Numbered from the stretch's first letter, positions 10,417-20,083 are shown. The stretch: 64,000 nt of DNA from Bdellovibrionota bacterium (GCA_965207455.1 CBDBMJ010000001.1:192001-256000); one strand, 5' to 3'. The notes: generated by a model not told the origin, from the sequence alone. Numbers and translations: made by a program.

Positions 10417-11133
10417 CTACGAGAGGTGAGATGATATCCACTCCTTGCCAGTAGAGGTATGAATTCCGAATTTTTCAAATCCAGGAAGAACCACTGTGGA
10501 AAGAGTCTCTTTGAATTGCTCCATTCTAAAGCGGGGGTGGAGAACACCATCACAAACAATTGAATCGTTAATCTCGTCGTGCACAAAAGGTAAAAATAAT
10601 TCATCGTTTGAAGAAATACTAAGCATTTCGGGTAAATATTTAGAGATATAGCTGCAATCATTTTTACTTGTTTCATTAGCGAGAAATGCCCAGCCTATTT
10701 TACCGTGCAGGACCTCATCCTGTAAGATTTCATGAATAATTTTCCCGGTAGCCGTGTGCTTTGAAGAAGAATAAATTGTATTCAGTAGGCTAGCATTCAT
10801 TGTTTCTGTTATACAACAAGTTAGAATCACATCAATTACTAGGTTCTCCCTATCTGTTCGCTCCAATTTCCAAGGTTCCTTTAGAGGAGAAAGTTTTTTC
10901 TGGGTTAATTCATAGCCTGTGGGATGACCAAAACTTTTTGCAAGATCGGCACACATTACAGAATGCCTCTTTTCGTCCTCTCTTGCTTTATTCACCAGCG
11001 CAATGATGTTTTTTTCAATACCATGCTGGGAAAGTCTTTCTCCTAGTTTTTGAAATCGCTGTTCGGCTCCAAGCTCTGCCTGAGCCCTCTTGGCCCAGGT
11101 TGAAGCAAGTAATTTTTTAGTAGATTGGTTCAT
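10417..11133 (-). CDS. Ferritin-like di-iron domain protein
   Basis: E (AELGA)...DEKRH...E (ITETMNA)...DEVLH four-helix di-iron ligand pattern; ATG lies 2 nt after the stop of the upstream peptide gene. Confidence 0.85.
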   Translation of the reverse strand: MNQSTKKLLASTWAKRAQAELGAEQRFQKLGERLSQHGIEKNIIALVNKAREDEKRHSVMCADLAKSFGHPTGYELTQKKLSPLKEPWKLERTDRENLVIDVILTCCITETMNASLLNTIYSSSKHTATGKIIHEILQDEVLHGKIGWAFLANETSKNDCSYISKYLPEMLSISSNDELFLPFVHDEINDSIVCDGVLHPRFRMEQFKETLSTVVLPGFEKFGIHTSTGKEWISSHLS

Positions 11134-11135
11134 CC

Positions 11136-11408
11136 CTAACCCAGCCAACAACCACAGAATAGGCTACGGCAGTTTAAAGCCTGATCTATGGTCAAGCGCT
11201 TTAGTTCAAAGTCTTTAAGATGGTCTAAACAAAGTACCTTGTTTGTTGATTTTTCCTGCAATTCAAGATTACAGGTTTCTTCGTTTGTTGTGGGATTGGC
11301 AGTAGATTCAGCGGCCAAAGCACTACTGGCTGCCATCATTGTTCCTCCCACAACTAAAACGTTAAACATCTTTGAAACGTTTGACTTTACATTTGATTTT
11401 TTATTCAT
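11136..11408 (-). CDS. Small secreted Cys-rich peptide B, C-terminal CGCWLG (candidate RiPP precursor)
   Basis: GGAG RBS; leader almost identical to peptide A; 5 Cys. Confidence 0.85.
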   Translation of the reverse strand: MNKKSNVKSNVSKMFNVLVVGGTMMAASSALAAESTANPTTNEETCNLELQEKSTNKVLCLDHLKDFELKRLTIDQALNCRSLFCGCWLG

Positions 11409-11500
11409 TTCCTTCTCCTTCCATGTATTTTATATTTTGCACATTATTTTGAAATAAGTATAATGATTTATTTCCATGGCTGTGAGAAGAATTATTTATG

Positions 11501-12553
11501 TCACTGTGATGACTGGCATTCTTTTCTTGTTAACCTTGTGCCACCAGAAAGCCTACCACTAACTATGATGGGTTCTTTGTGGCACCTGGAAAAAACCCTT
11601 ACATCAGAAGAGATCTTCGCATTACGAACTTCCACAAAACCGTTAATAGAGGTATCCCGGGTATAACTGTTACCGCCAGAAATTTCCACATTGTCAAAAA
11701 TAGATACAGTGGGGACTAGAGGAAAACGACCAGCACTTGAAACCCACGATATGCCAGAGATCTTTATATTATTGCCGTCAATATTTGCTACAGTAATGTC
11801 CGCATTACCAGAAATTTCCGCATTACCAGAGATGAATGACCTTTGCCAAACCCTCGCATCGCCAAATATCTTCGCATTACCTCGGATATTTGATGCGTCG
11901 ACGTATGCGTTGCCACCAACCCATGCATTGTCCCTGAGAGAGGTACGATGATCGAAGGTGCCGCCACCGACTACTGCAGTACCACAAACCGCAGCTGATT
12001 TCCCCACATACGCCTTGGCATCAACCCTAGCTGTGGTTGCTACTTCACCGCCACCATTGGGGTGGGGTTTTGTTTCCACGCCGGGACCACAGCCATTGTG
12101 CTTGACCATCGTGACTCTTTCTCCCTGCTCCTCATCTTGTAGAACAATATATATGCTTTCAATTCGTAACTTTTTATCTTCTATCTTCAATTCCCAACCT
12201 TCGAGGTGATCACGGGAGCGGTCGTTATACATCAGGGTTGAATATACTGATGGTGTGCCTATGGTTTTTCTATCCGAGATTTCGCCACCAACCAAAAGCT
12301 TCAAACCGGCATTGGGGCTGGATGAGGGCACGGTGACGAGTAGTTGCCTTAATTTTTTTTTGTGGATCTTTGGACACTCCGAATTGCTTTTGATCTGGGC
12401 ACTCAAGTCAATCACATCACCTGGTTCAAAAGATTTTTGAATATCGATTGCGCAGCCCGTTTGATGTGAAGCAGGAGTTGCTGTTGGTAACAGTCCTGCG
12501 ATTATTATTGCCCCAAGGGCATATTGTTTTGTTCTTGATACTTTCTTTTTCAT
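11501..12553 (-). CDS. Secreted protein with C-terminal left-handed beta-helix (hexapeptide) repeats
   Basis: Signal peptide; repeats DNAWVGGNAYV, GNAKIFGDARV, GNAEISGNADI. Confidence 0.75.
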   Translation of the reverse strand: MKKKVSRTKQYALGAIIIAGLLPTATPASHQTGCAIDIQKSFEPGDVIDLSAQIKSNSECPKIHKKKLRQLLVTVPSSSPNAGLKLLVGGEISDRKTIGTPSVYSTLMYNDRSRDHLEGWELKIEDKKLRIESIYIVLQDEEQGERVTMVKHNGCGPGVETKPHPNGGGEVATTARVDAKAYVGKSAAVCGTAVVGGGTFDHRTSLRDNAWVGGNAYVDASNIRGNAKIFGDARVWQRSFISGNAEISGNADITVANIDGNNIKISGISWVSSAGRFPLVPTVSIFDNVEISGGNSYTRDTSINGFVEVRNAKISSDVRVFSRCHKEPIIVSGRLSGGTRLTRKECQSSQ

Positions 12554-12716
12554 AATTTTCTCCTTTTTAGTTGGTTTGTTTTTTTATACTCTGTCCTAGA
12601 ATACTTATCGCACCCTAGGTTGTAAAATTCGACTATTTATATTGATTCAAATGAAGCAATTTGATGCAATTAGGGAAGGCTGTTGAGCCTTTCCTTCACA
12701 GGAAAACAGGAGTATA

Positions 12717-14843
12717 TTGGGCCTACTTATGAGAAAGTGGCTGTATAATTTCTTTGTATTTGTGAGCGCCTTTTTAATTGGATCTTTTTTTTACGCCTTC
12801 ATACGTACCACATTTGTTTATTCCTTTTCCAACCTTTCCATTCTTCAAGAAAAGATTCCCGACGTATGGAAGACCTATGGCGTGGGTTTTTTATGGGATA
12901 TAAGGATTTTTTCCATTCTGGCTGCCATTCCCTTTCTCCTTTCCCTGTGTGTCCTGTTCTATGAAGCGCTTTCCTCTGGGGCATCAGTACTGAGAAAATT
13001 TTATAAGAACTTTTTTTACCCATGGATGGTGCTTGCCTATGGACTCAATTTCTCGATAGGCATGATGAATTACTATTATTACCAAAACTATGGAACCTAT
13101 TTTGATGTTTTTTTATTTTCCTTTAAAGATGCGGGAACAGAAAATTCAAAAGCAATTCTTTCTTTTATCTGGAACCACTTTCCTATTTTTCAAACTATTA
13201 TTATCGTATTGATCCTTACTTTTTCCGCTGCCTTTCTCTTAAAAAAAGTACTCGCTTATTTTCACAAAAAAATAAAAAAAGATGGGGAAATGGAAAAAAA
13301 ACCAATGGTGTGGAAAAGTTGGTCCGCAGTATCATTAGTGGCCACAGCTCTTATTTTTTTATGTGTGAATATTATGGCCTATATTCCATTCGTTCGAGGG
13401 TCTGTTTCCCGGTTTCCCTTGAGAAGAATGGGGAGCATTGTATCCGACTATGCTCCTTTAAACTATGCTGTGCCACAAGCCACCATAGCCCTGTACTGGG
13501 CAGTTAAGGATTATATGAAATCCAATGTGATTTCCCCCATACCGAAAGAGAAGCTAGAGGAAATTTCCCAGTATTTTGTGTGTGACAAGGCTAAGAAAGG
13601 TTTTACAGAAACGTTTATTCAGAAAACCCCAGAAGATAAATTTTTAGACCGTGAACCACCTCAAGTAGTCTTTGGGCTCATTGAAAGCCTTAGTAGTCAT
13701 TTAATGAACTTCGACCAACCTCAAAAAAATGATATGCTAGGAGCATTTCGAAAGCATAAGGAAAATAATTTTTTTTGGAAAAGGTTCCTGCCCTATTCCA
13801 ATGGAACCTATCCCAGCCTCCATCGACTACTGTATTCCAGCAATTACACTTATTTCAATATATCTACCCACAGAAATAAAAGTTTTTACACATCTATTGC
13901 AAGACCGTATAAAGAAAAAGGCTATAAAACCTATTTTATTACTTCTGCATATTATGGATGGGAAAGGTTGAATTTTGTTTTACCACAACAGTACTTTGAT
14001 GAAGTAATAGGAGCGGAAAAAATAATAAAAAAATATACATCAGGGGAACTGCATGATTGGGGCGTTCCCGATGAATATTCTTATAGGTATATTGAGGACG
14101 AAATCCTTTCTCCTGCTAAAAAAAATAATGAAAAAGTTTTTGTTTTTTTACTTACTATCTCCTCCCATGCACCCTTTGATGTGTCTTCTCAATATGTGCC
14201 TAAACCAGTGGAGGCTGTGCCTGAAATGGAAGGAATCCTCGATCACCATAAGGAAAGCTACAAGAATAAAATTTTAATTTCCTCTCAATATTCGTTAAAC
14301 CTAATGGGTCTGTTTCTGGATAGTGTAAAAGAAAAATATAAAAATGTAATCGTCTCCTTCACGGGAGATCACAACCTTAGAGCCCTCGCCTATAAAAAAA
14401 CTTCTTGGGAGGTGCTCAAGCGTTCTGTGCCGTTTTTTATTTACTTACCTCCTAAATACAAACAATACTTTGAAAAGAAATCATCATGGCAATACAATAA
14501 AGAAGAGATTGGATCCCATAGGGATGTTTTTCCCACGTTATATAATATAAGCCTCTCCAATTCTTCGTACTTTTCCCTAGGCAAAAACATGCTCTCCATA
14601 AACAAGGGCCCCCTTTGCCATTTTGCCTATAACGAAAAGCTAATACTCCTAGAGGAAGGAGCCATTGTACGGATGGGGGCAGACTCCAGAATTTTTCCTT
14701 GGAAAAATGCCCAAAGCCTTGAGATCCAAACCCAGTCAAAAATGTATACAGGGAAAAATTGGTTTCGTATGAGAGAACTTCTCGACGCGATTACCAGATG
14801 GCAATTATTTTCTAAAGAATCTATACACAATAGTAATCAGTAG
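12717..14843 (+). CDS. LTA synthase/OpgB-family membrane sulfatase-fold phosphoglycerol transferase
   Basis: About 5 N-terminal TM helices; IES metal ligand, catalytic Thr in NGTYPS, SSHAPF, TGDH. Confidence 0.85.
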   Translation: MGLLMRKWLYNFFVFVSAFLIGSFFYAFIRTTFVYSFSNLSILQEKIPDVWKTYGVGFLWDIRIFSILAAIPFLLSLCVLFYEALSSGASVLRKFYKNFFYPWMVLAYGLNFSIGMMNYYYYQNYGTYFDVFLFSFKDAGTENSKAILSFIWNHFPIFQTIIIVLILTFSAAFLLKKVLAYFHKKIKKDGEMEKKPMVWKSWSAVSLVATALIFLCVNIMAYIPFVRGSVSRFPLRRMGSIVSDYAPLNYAVPQATIALYWAVKDYMKSNVISPIPKEKLEEISQYFVCDKAKKGFTETFIQKTPEDKFLDREPPQVVFGLIESLSSHLMNFDQPQKNDMLGAFRKHKENNFFWKRFLPYSNGTYPSLHRLLYSSNYTYFNISTHRNKSFYTSIARPYKEKGYKTYFITSAYYGWERLNFVLPQQYFDEVIGAEKIIKKYTSGELHDWGVPDEYSYRYIEDEILSPAKKNNEKVFVFLLTISSHAPFDVSSQYVPKPVEAVPEMEGILDHHKESYKNKILISSQYSLNLMGLFLDSVKEKYKNVIVSFTGDHNLRALAYKKTSWEVLKRSVPFFIYLPPKYKQYFEKKSSWQYNKEEIGSHRDVFPTLYNISLSNSSYFSLGKNMLSINKGPLCHFAYNEKLILLEEGAIVRMGADSRIFPWKNAQSLEIQTQSKMYTGKNWFRMRELLDAITRWQLFSKESIHNSNQ

Positions 14844-14867
14844 CTCATGATCCGTTACTTTGAGCAC

Positions 14868-14900
14868 AAAAAAGCCCTCTCTATTTCTAAAGAAGGCTTT
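14868..14900. terminator. Putative bidirectional intrinsic terminator
   Basis: A-run, then AAAGCC...GGCTTT hairpin, between convergent genes. Confidence 0.55.
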
Positions 14901-14937
14901 ATATATTCAGAAAATTTATGTATTTCAAGATTTTTGA

Positions 14938-16097
14938 CTAGCTACCGTCTTCCTCGTTTATTTTAGGTGCACCTGTTCCAGTGAAATTATTTTTTTGGTC
15001 GTCTGTAGGCTTGCCTCCTTGATTCAAATAGATAGCAGAGCCATCGCCATTATTGTTATTACTATTTATCTGCTGAAGTGCATGAAGAAATCTTGCTGCT
15101 TCTTTAGCCACTAGAGCCTTAAGTGCTTTTTTATCCGCTAGAGCTTTAGCCACTAGAGCCTTAACTGCTTGTTTAGTCGCTAGAGCATCAGCTGCCTTTT
15201 TAGCGTCGGCTGCTTTTTATCCGCTAGAGCTTTAGCTTTAATTGCTTTTATATTCTCATTTCTTCTTTTAGCCAATTCTTCTAGTTTCTTTTCTAAAGTG
15301 ACTTTTTCATTTAATATCTGTATCTTTATTTGAGCTCTAACAATAAGCCACAAAGGAAGCATGCTTTTTCTAGGTATTGGTTCTATACCAGGATTGCTCT
15401 TAATAAATGACATGAATTTAGAATAAACAAGAGGAATTATTTCGTTTTTGAGATTTTTAAAGTCATTGAGTAGAGCTGTTTCCCATTCTTTTTCGCTGTA
15501 TTTCGAAGGTACTAGAGAGCTCTTGATGGAGTCATAATGTTCAGGAATAAATCTTTCGGCAAGAATCTTTATTCCTATTTTAGTCTTTTTTTCCATAGGA
15601 CTTTCTTTTATTGTTTTCTTTATTTCAATAGATCTTTTAACTATTGCATTCCATCTTTTAATTGATACGTTTGAAAATTCTAGTTCTCTTTCAAGCCATA
15701 GCTTCTCTTCTTGTCTTTTCCTATTTAAAGATTTATAAAATAGTGATTGATCTTCAGGTGACATTTCAGATGCTAGACTTTCTCCTTCACGCAATATTTT
15801 AATTTTTACTTGACGATATACTTCATCTTTTTGAGGCTCAGTCTGTAAATTAGCGTTATGAGTAATTGTATATGAAATGCGGTCTATGATATAGCCAATG
15901 TCTGTAGCTAGCATGCGTTCCCAAATATTCCTCTCGTCCCAAATTCTTATTTCTCTCCAAACGGAATCATAATGTTGAGAAACTGCCTCTTCGACACGTT
16001 CCTCTAAGTCCGTTTGAGATTCCGAGTATCCAGTTGTTGGCAAAGCTATGGCAAGTGCCAGTGCTAGGGTTATTAGTATATTTTTTTGTGTTTTCAT
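14938..16097 (-). pseudogene. Secreted coiled-coil protein split by a 1-nt frameshift (ORFs 15180..16097 and 14938..15153)
   Basis: GATAAAAAGCA (A5, 15214-15218) versus the repeat copy GATAAAAAAGCA (A6); adding one A fuses both ORFs through KALADKKAADAKKAADALATKQAVKALVAKALADKK. Confidence 0.75.
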
Positions 16098-16147
16098 TTT
16101 CTTGTCTCCTTTGTTTTATTTATATTTAGTATCTTATAAATTGTTAA

Positions 16148-16164
16148 AGCAAGAGGCGTGCCAG
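16148..16164 (-). promoter_or_regulatory. Sigma54 promoter
   Basis: Minus strand TGGCACGCCTCTTGCT matches TGGCACG-N4-TTGC. Confidence 0.85.
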
Positions 16165-16340
16165 AATAGGCTGAAAAAAGGAGAAATAAAAAAATTCCTT
16201 TGTTTTCAGCTATTTACGATGAATTTTGGGGGTTGTTGTATGGGAAAAGCATAGAAATAAGACATTCGGGTGTTCTCTTAATTAATCAAAAAATAGACAG
16301 TTGTTGAAAGATTTTATAGTGATGCTGAATGGGTTTTTTG

Positions 16341-17186
16341 CTAAATAGGTAAGGATTTGCTGGGAACGGCCACGTTTCCCCAGTTGTGGTTATAGTCTCT
16401 GTCTAGGGGTGTGGCAAAGCCCCAGTCTTGGTAGATGGGCATGAGGGCATTTAATAGGGCGTAGAAGCTATTTAGGTCTTGGGATAGGGTTTCTTTATCG
16501 GTGTCGTATAAAAATAAATGGGGTAGTTTGTTTACGTCTTTTTCTAAGTGATTTAGGATTTGAAGGCGGCACTCTTTGCCGTCGTCTAAGTCCCTGTATC
16601 GGGATAATAGGCGTTGGGGAATGGAGAACCAAGGAGCTAGGCCCAAGAGAGTGATTCGTGGGTAGACCTCAGTAAAGTTTATGGATGAAAGGTGGCGCTT
16701 TAGGTATTTCATTCTACTGGTCAATGGTGCTCTGGATCCCATGGCTTCCTCGATAAATAAATCAAAAGAAAAATGGGGCTGCACTCTGGATCGTAAATAC
16801 ACATCTCCTGCCCTTTGAGTATAAGGGGTGGGAAACTTTTGTGGTTTCTCTCCCATTCGTTGGGCTTCATTGTGCATCCACTTTACTTCCTCCACCTCGC
16901 AGATTTGAAATCCAGGGCAGTGGCTAAGGGTGCATTCCAAGCAGGGAGGCAGTTGTAGTGGCACATTTACACCAATGGTGTGGGGATTAAGAGTGTGGAT
17001 ATGGTGGAGCAGTACCTCGTCGCTACACTGGGTGGAGGAGGCAAGAATTTTGGGGATAGCCTTGGATAGAAAAATTTTTCCAACAGATTTACTTGTTTTA
17101 AAACATTCTAATAATACAAGGCAAGTGTGTTTGCTTTTGCTTCCGCCTAAATCTAAGCCAAGGAATCGCTTGCCATTGCTAGACAT
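16341..17186 (-). CDS. DUF429-like (RNase H-fold) protein
   Basis: FLGLDLGG N-terminus, NVPLQLP, EVYPR motif, Cys cluster CLEC...CPG...C. Confidence 0.6.
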   Translation of the reverse strand: MSSNGKRFLGLDLGGSKSKHTCLVLLECFKTSKSVGKIFLSKAIPKILASSTQCSDEVLLHHIHTLNPHTIGVNVPLQLPPCLECTLSHCPGFQICEVEEVKWMHNEAQRMGEKPQKFPTPYTQRAGDVYLRSRVQPHFSFDLFIEEAMGSRAPLTSRMKYLKRHLSSINFTEVYPRITLLGLAPWFSIPQRLLSRYRDLDDGKECRLQILNHLEKDVNKLPHLFLYDTDKETLSQDLNSFYALLNALMPIYQDWGFATPLDRDYNHNWGNVAVPSKSLPI

Positions 17187-17192
17187 GGAAAA

Positions 17193-18209
17193 TTAAATAG
17201 ACTCCACGGATAAACCCTCGGAGTCTATGTGGAAATTAATGACTTCCACTCCATCTCGCTCCTGAAATTTTTGGGAGAGTTTAACCTTGTCCTCTAAACT
17301 GTTTGTCCAGAATAGTAAGCACCCGCCGCCTCCAGCGCCGCAAACCTTTGCAGCTTTTGCGCCATTGGCTTTACCGTAGTCTATGATTCCTTTCATTTCG
17401 TCGGTTATAATAGTAGGGGATAGTTGGTGGTGGTTCTCCATATCTTCTTCAAGATACTTTGGAATACTGTTAAAGCTTTCTGTTTTTAAGGCGTGCTCTA
17501 GGCCAGCGGTTGCTTTGCGAATATTGTCGAAACAAGTCCACACTTTGGGGTCTTTGTCGATATGGGCCTTCGTTACGGTCCAGTTATTAATACCAGAATT
17601 GCGATTCTGCCCCGTATACACCAAAACCATTCGGGATTGCAGGGAGCGGGCCAACTGAGGGGAGTAGCGCATAAGGGAGTCTCCCTTTACGTCCAATACA
17701 ACTGAGTTTAATCCGCCATAAAGGGCAGGGTAATAGTCCTGCACACCGCCGGGAACTTTTAAAACCTGGGTCTCTATGTTCTTTGCAATTACCAATAACT
17801 CTTCACGGGAGTAGCGAGAGTGGGTCAAAACATTGAGGGCACCACAAACAGCAAGGGCAATAGCAGACGAGCCACCTAAGCCAGCACCTGTGGGACTTTT
17901 ACAAGAAGTAGTAATGTTTAAGCCACCCTCTGGACGAAAAAACTCCAATAAACGAAGGAGTATTTCCAAGGGATGATCGGGTTCCACCTCACTGATATAA
18001 TCGATGGAAGTCAAGCGCATGGAAATATCCAAATCTTCGGAACGGAGATCGAGAGCTAAGCCGGGTACTTGCTCCATCCGCACAGTCGCTCGCTGGTTGA
18101 TGGCAATATTAATTGTTTGGGCCGGAAGGTGGAATAGGTATAAGGGCCAAATGTCCATGGTTCCCCCAGCTAAATCAATGCGTGTGGGGGCACTACTTTC
18201 GATAATCAT
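17193..18209 (-). CDS. GHMP-family sugar kinase (HddA-like)
   Basis: APTRIDLAGGTMD, PTGAGLGGSSA, GVQD, KVCGAGGGG. Confidence 0.9.
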   Translation of the reverse strand: MIIESSAPTRIDLAGGTMDIWPLYLFHLPAQTINIAINQRATVRMEQVPGLALDLRSEDLDISMRLTSIDYISEVEPDHPLEILLRLLEFFRPEGGLNITTSCKSPTGAGLGGSSAIALAVCGALNVLTHSRYSREELLVIAKNIETQVLKVPGGVQDYYPALYGGLNSVVLDVKGDSLMRYSPQLARSLQSRMVLVYTGQNRNSGINNWTVTKAHIDKDPKVWTCFDNIRKATAGLEHALKTESFNSIPKYLEEDMENHHQLSPTIITDEMKGIIDYGKANGAKAAKVCGAGGGGCLLFWTNSLEDKVKLSQKFQERDGVEVINFHIDSEGLSVESI

Positions 18210-18260
18210 AATCGTCTCCTTTCAGGGCTAAGGGAATTACCAATAAAGTTTAGATAAACC

Positions 18261-18827
18261 TTATACGGTACAACCCATGGCGCCTATATAGGAGAGACCG
18301 CGGTATCGTTCCGCGTAGTCAAGACCGTAGCCAACGGCAAACTCGTTTTCAATCTGAAAGCCCATAAAATCTATTTCTGGTAAGCGCTTTGTCTTCGGAT
18401 CTGGCCTTACCAATAAACTGCAAATACGAATACTTGCTGGATTTCTTGCGTGCAGGGTCTGTAGTAAAAACTCCACGGTCAGTCCGGAGTCCACGATGTC
18501 TTCCACAATCAAAACATGTTTGTTTTTAATGGGAGCTGTAAGATCTAGGGTGAGTTTGGCTTCACCCGAACTCTTCATCTGCTTTCCATAGCTAGATACC
18601 TCTAAAAACTCACAACTGATGGGAAGGTTTACCTGACGAACCAAATCTGAGAAAAAAACAAAAGAACCCTTTAAAACACAAACCATGGTTAGTTCTGAGT
18701 CTTGGTAAATATCTTCAATTTCTTTCGCTAATTCTCGCACCCGTACCTGTACCTGTTCTTCAGGAATTAGTACCTGTGGGTCGTCTGGGCGTTCAATTAC
18801 CCTGCTTTTATTTGTTGCTTCACTCAC
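18261..18827 (-). CDS. hpt: Hypoxanthine phosphoribosyltransferase
   Basis: VLKGSFVF, VLIVEDIVDSGLT, FAVGYGLDYAERYR. Confidence 0.95.
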   Translation of the reverse strand: MSEATNKSRVIERPDDPQVLIPEEQVQVRVRELAKEIEDIYQDSELTMVCVLKGSFVFFSDLVRQVNLPISCEFLEVSSYGKQMKSSGEAKLTLDLTAPIKNKHVLIVEDIVDSGLTVEFLLQTLHARNPASIRICSLLVRPDPKTKRLPEIDFMGFQIENEFAVGYGLDYAERYRGLSYIGAMGCTV

Positions 18828-18829
18828 TG

Positions 18830-18871
18830 TTGAGCTGTCTCTCCTTTAATTTGAGCTGTCTCTCCTTTAAT
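18830..18871. repeat. 21-bp perfect tandem duplication of the hpt RBS region
   Basis: ttgagctgtctctcctttaat x2 (AAAGGAG on the minus strand). Confidence 0.9.
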
Positions 18872-18953
18872 TAATGTCAATAAAAATCAATCTGCTTACC
18901 TGTAAACAGGCACTCGCCACTATGATAGAGCCAAAGTGCTAATAATCCAAGGT

Positions 18954-20079
18954 TTACTTGCTGGATTGGGTTTCTTTTTCTTTTGACAAGGCGCACATCA
19001 TAAAAGAATCCAAATCTCCATCCAGAACATCCAGGGCGCTGGAGGTTTCCTCACCTGTGCGGTGGTCCTTTACCAGCTTATAGGGGTGCAGAACGTAGGA
19101 GCGGATTTGACTGCCCCATTCATTGGCCTTTTTATTTGCTTCCACCTGTTCCCGCTCGGCTCGCTCTTTTTCTTGCTGTTGCTCATATAAGCGGGCTCGT
19201 AGCATTTTCATCGCAGTGGCTCGATTCTTATGTTGTGATCTTTCATTTTGACAAGTAACGACAATTCCAGAGGGTTTATGGGTGAGGCGAACCGCACTGT
19301 CCGTTGTGTTTACATGTTGTCCCCCGGCTCCGCTGGCCCGGTATACGTCGATCCTTAGGTCGCCTTCATTGATTTCAATTTCCACATTTTCGTCCACCTC
19401 GGGGTAAATAAAAACAGAGGCAAAGCTTGTGTGTCTTCTTTTATTGGAGTCGAAAGGGGAAATTCGTACTAAGCGATGGACTCCAGATTCTGTTCGTAGG
19501 AGTCCAAAGGCATATTCGCCTTTCACAAACAGCGTGGCACTTTTAATGCCTGCTTCTTCTCCCACGCTGTGTTCTATTAAATTCGAAGAGAAGCCCTTCT
19601 TGTCGCACCAACGTTGGTACATACGCAGTAGCATCTGTGCCCAGTCCTGACTTTCTGTTCCCCCGGAGCCGGAGTTGAGGTTGATATAGGCATTTTTGGT
19701 GTCGCTTTCCTCGCCTAAAAGAACCTTTGTTTTCATATCTTGTAGGCAAGTGTTTATGGATGCTGTTTCTTGGGCCACTTCCTTTACGGAACTTTCGTCC
19801 TCTCCGGACTCCATGACTAAATCAATTAAAATGCGCACGTCCTCTAGGCGTTGTTGTAAGTTTTTCCATTCCTGAACAATGGAATTTAGTCGTCCCTTTT
19901 CTTTTTGAAGTTCACTGGCTCTTTGAGCGTTGGACCAAAAGTTGGGGGAAGCCTCTTCGCTATGGATCTCAGCTAAACGACGCTCTTTTTTTGGAATGTC
20001 AAAGGGACCTCCGCAGATCGCTCAGCACACTTTCCTGTTGGGCGACGGTTTCCTTGGCCAGGCTTAATGAATATTCCAA
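18954..20079 (-). CDS. prfB: Peptide chain release factor 2, programmed +1 frameshift
   Basis: SPF and GGQ motifs; TTG start at 20079, then ...CGG AGG TCC CTT TGA C (slip site 19998-20004, internal SD GGAGG at 20008-20012). Confidence 0.97.
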
Positions 20080-20083
20080 CGTT

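Noticed and set aside
10417..11133. Iron-storage ferritin or encapsulin cargo
   Set aside because: Too long for a storage ferritin, no encapsulin gene or targeting peptide seen, and coupling to peptide genes favours an enzyme.
16341..17186. DUF429-like gene as an anti-phage defence nuclease
   Set aside because: It sits in a housekeeping-like operon with no recognisable defence partners, so there is no evidence here.
18954..20079. prfB as a pseudogene
   Set aside because: The break is the conserved programmed frameshift.
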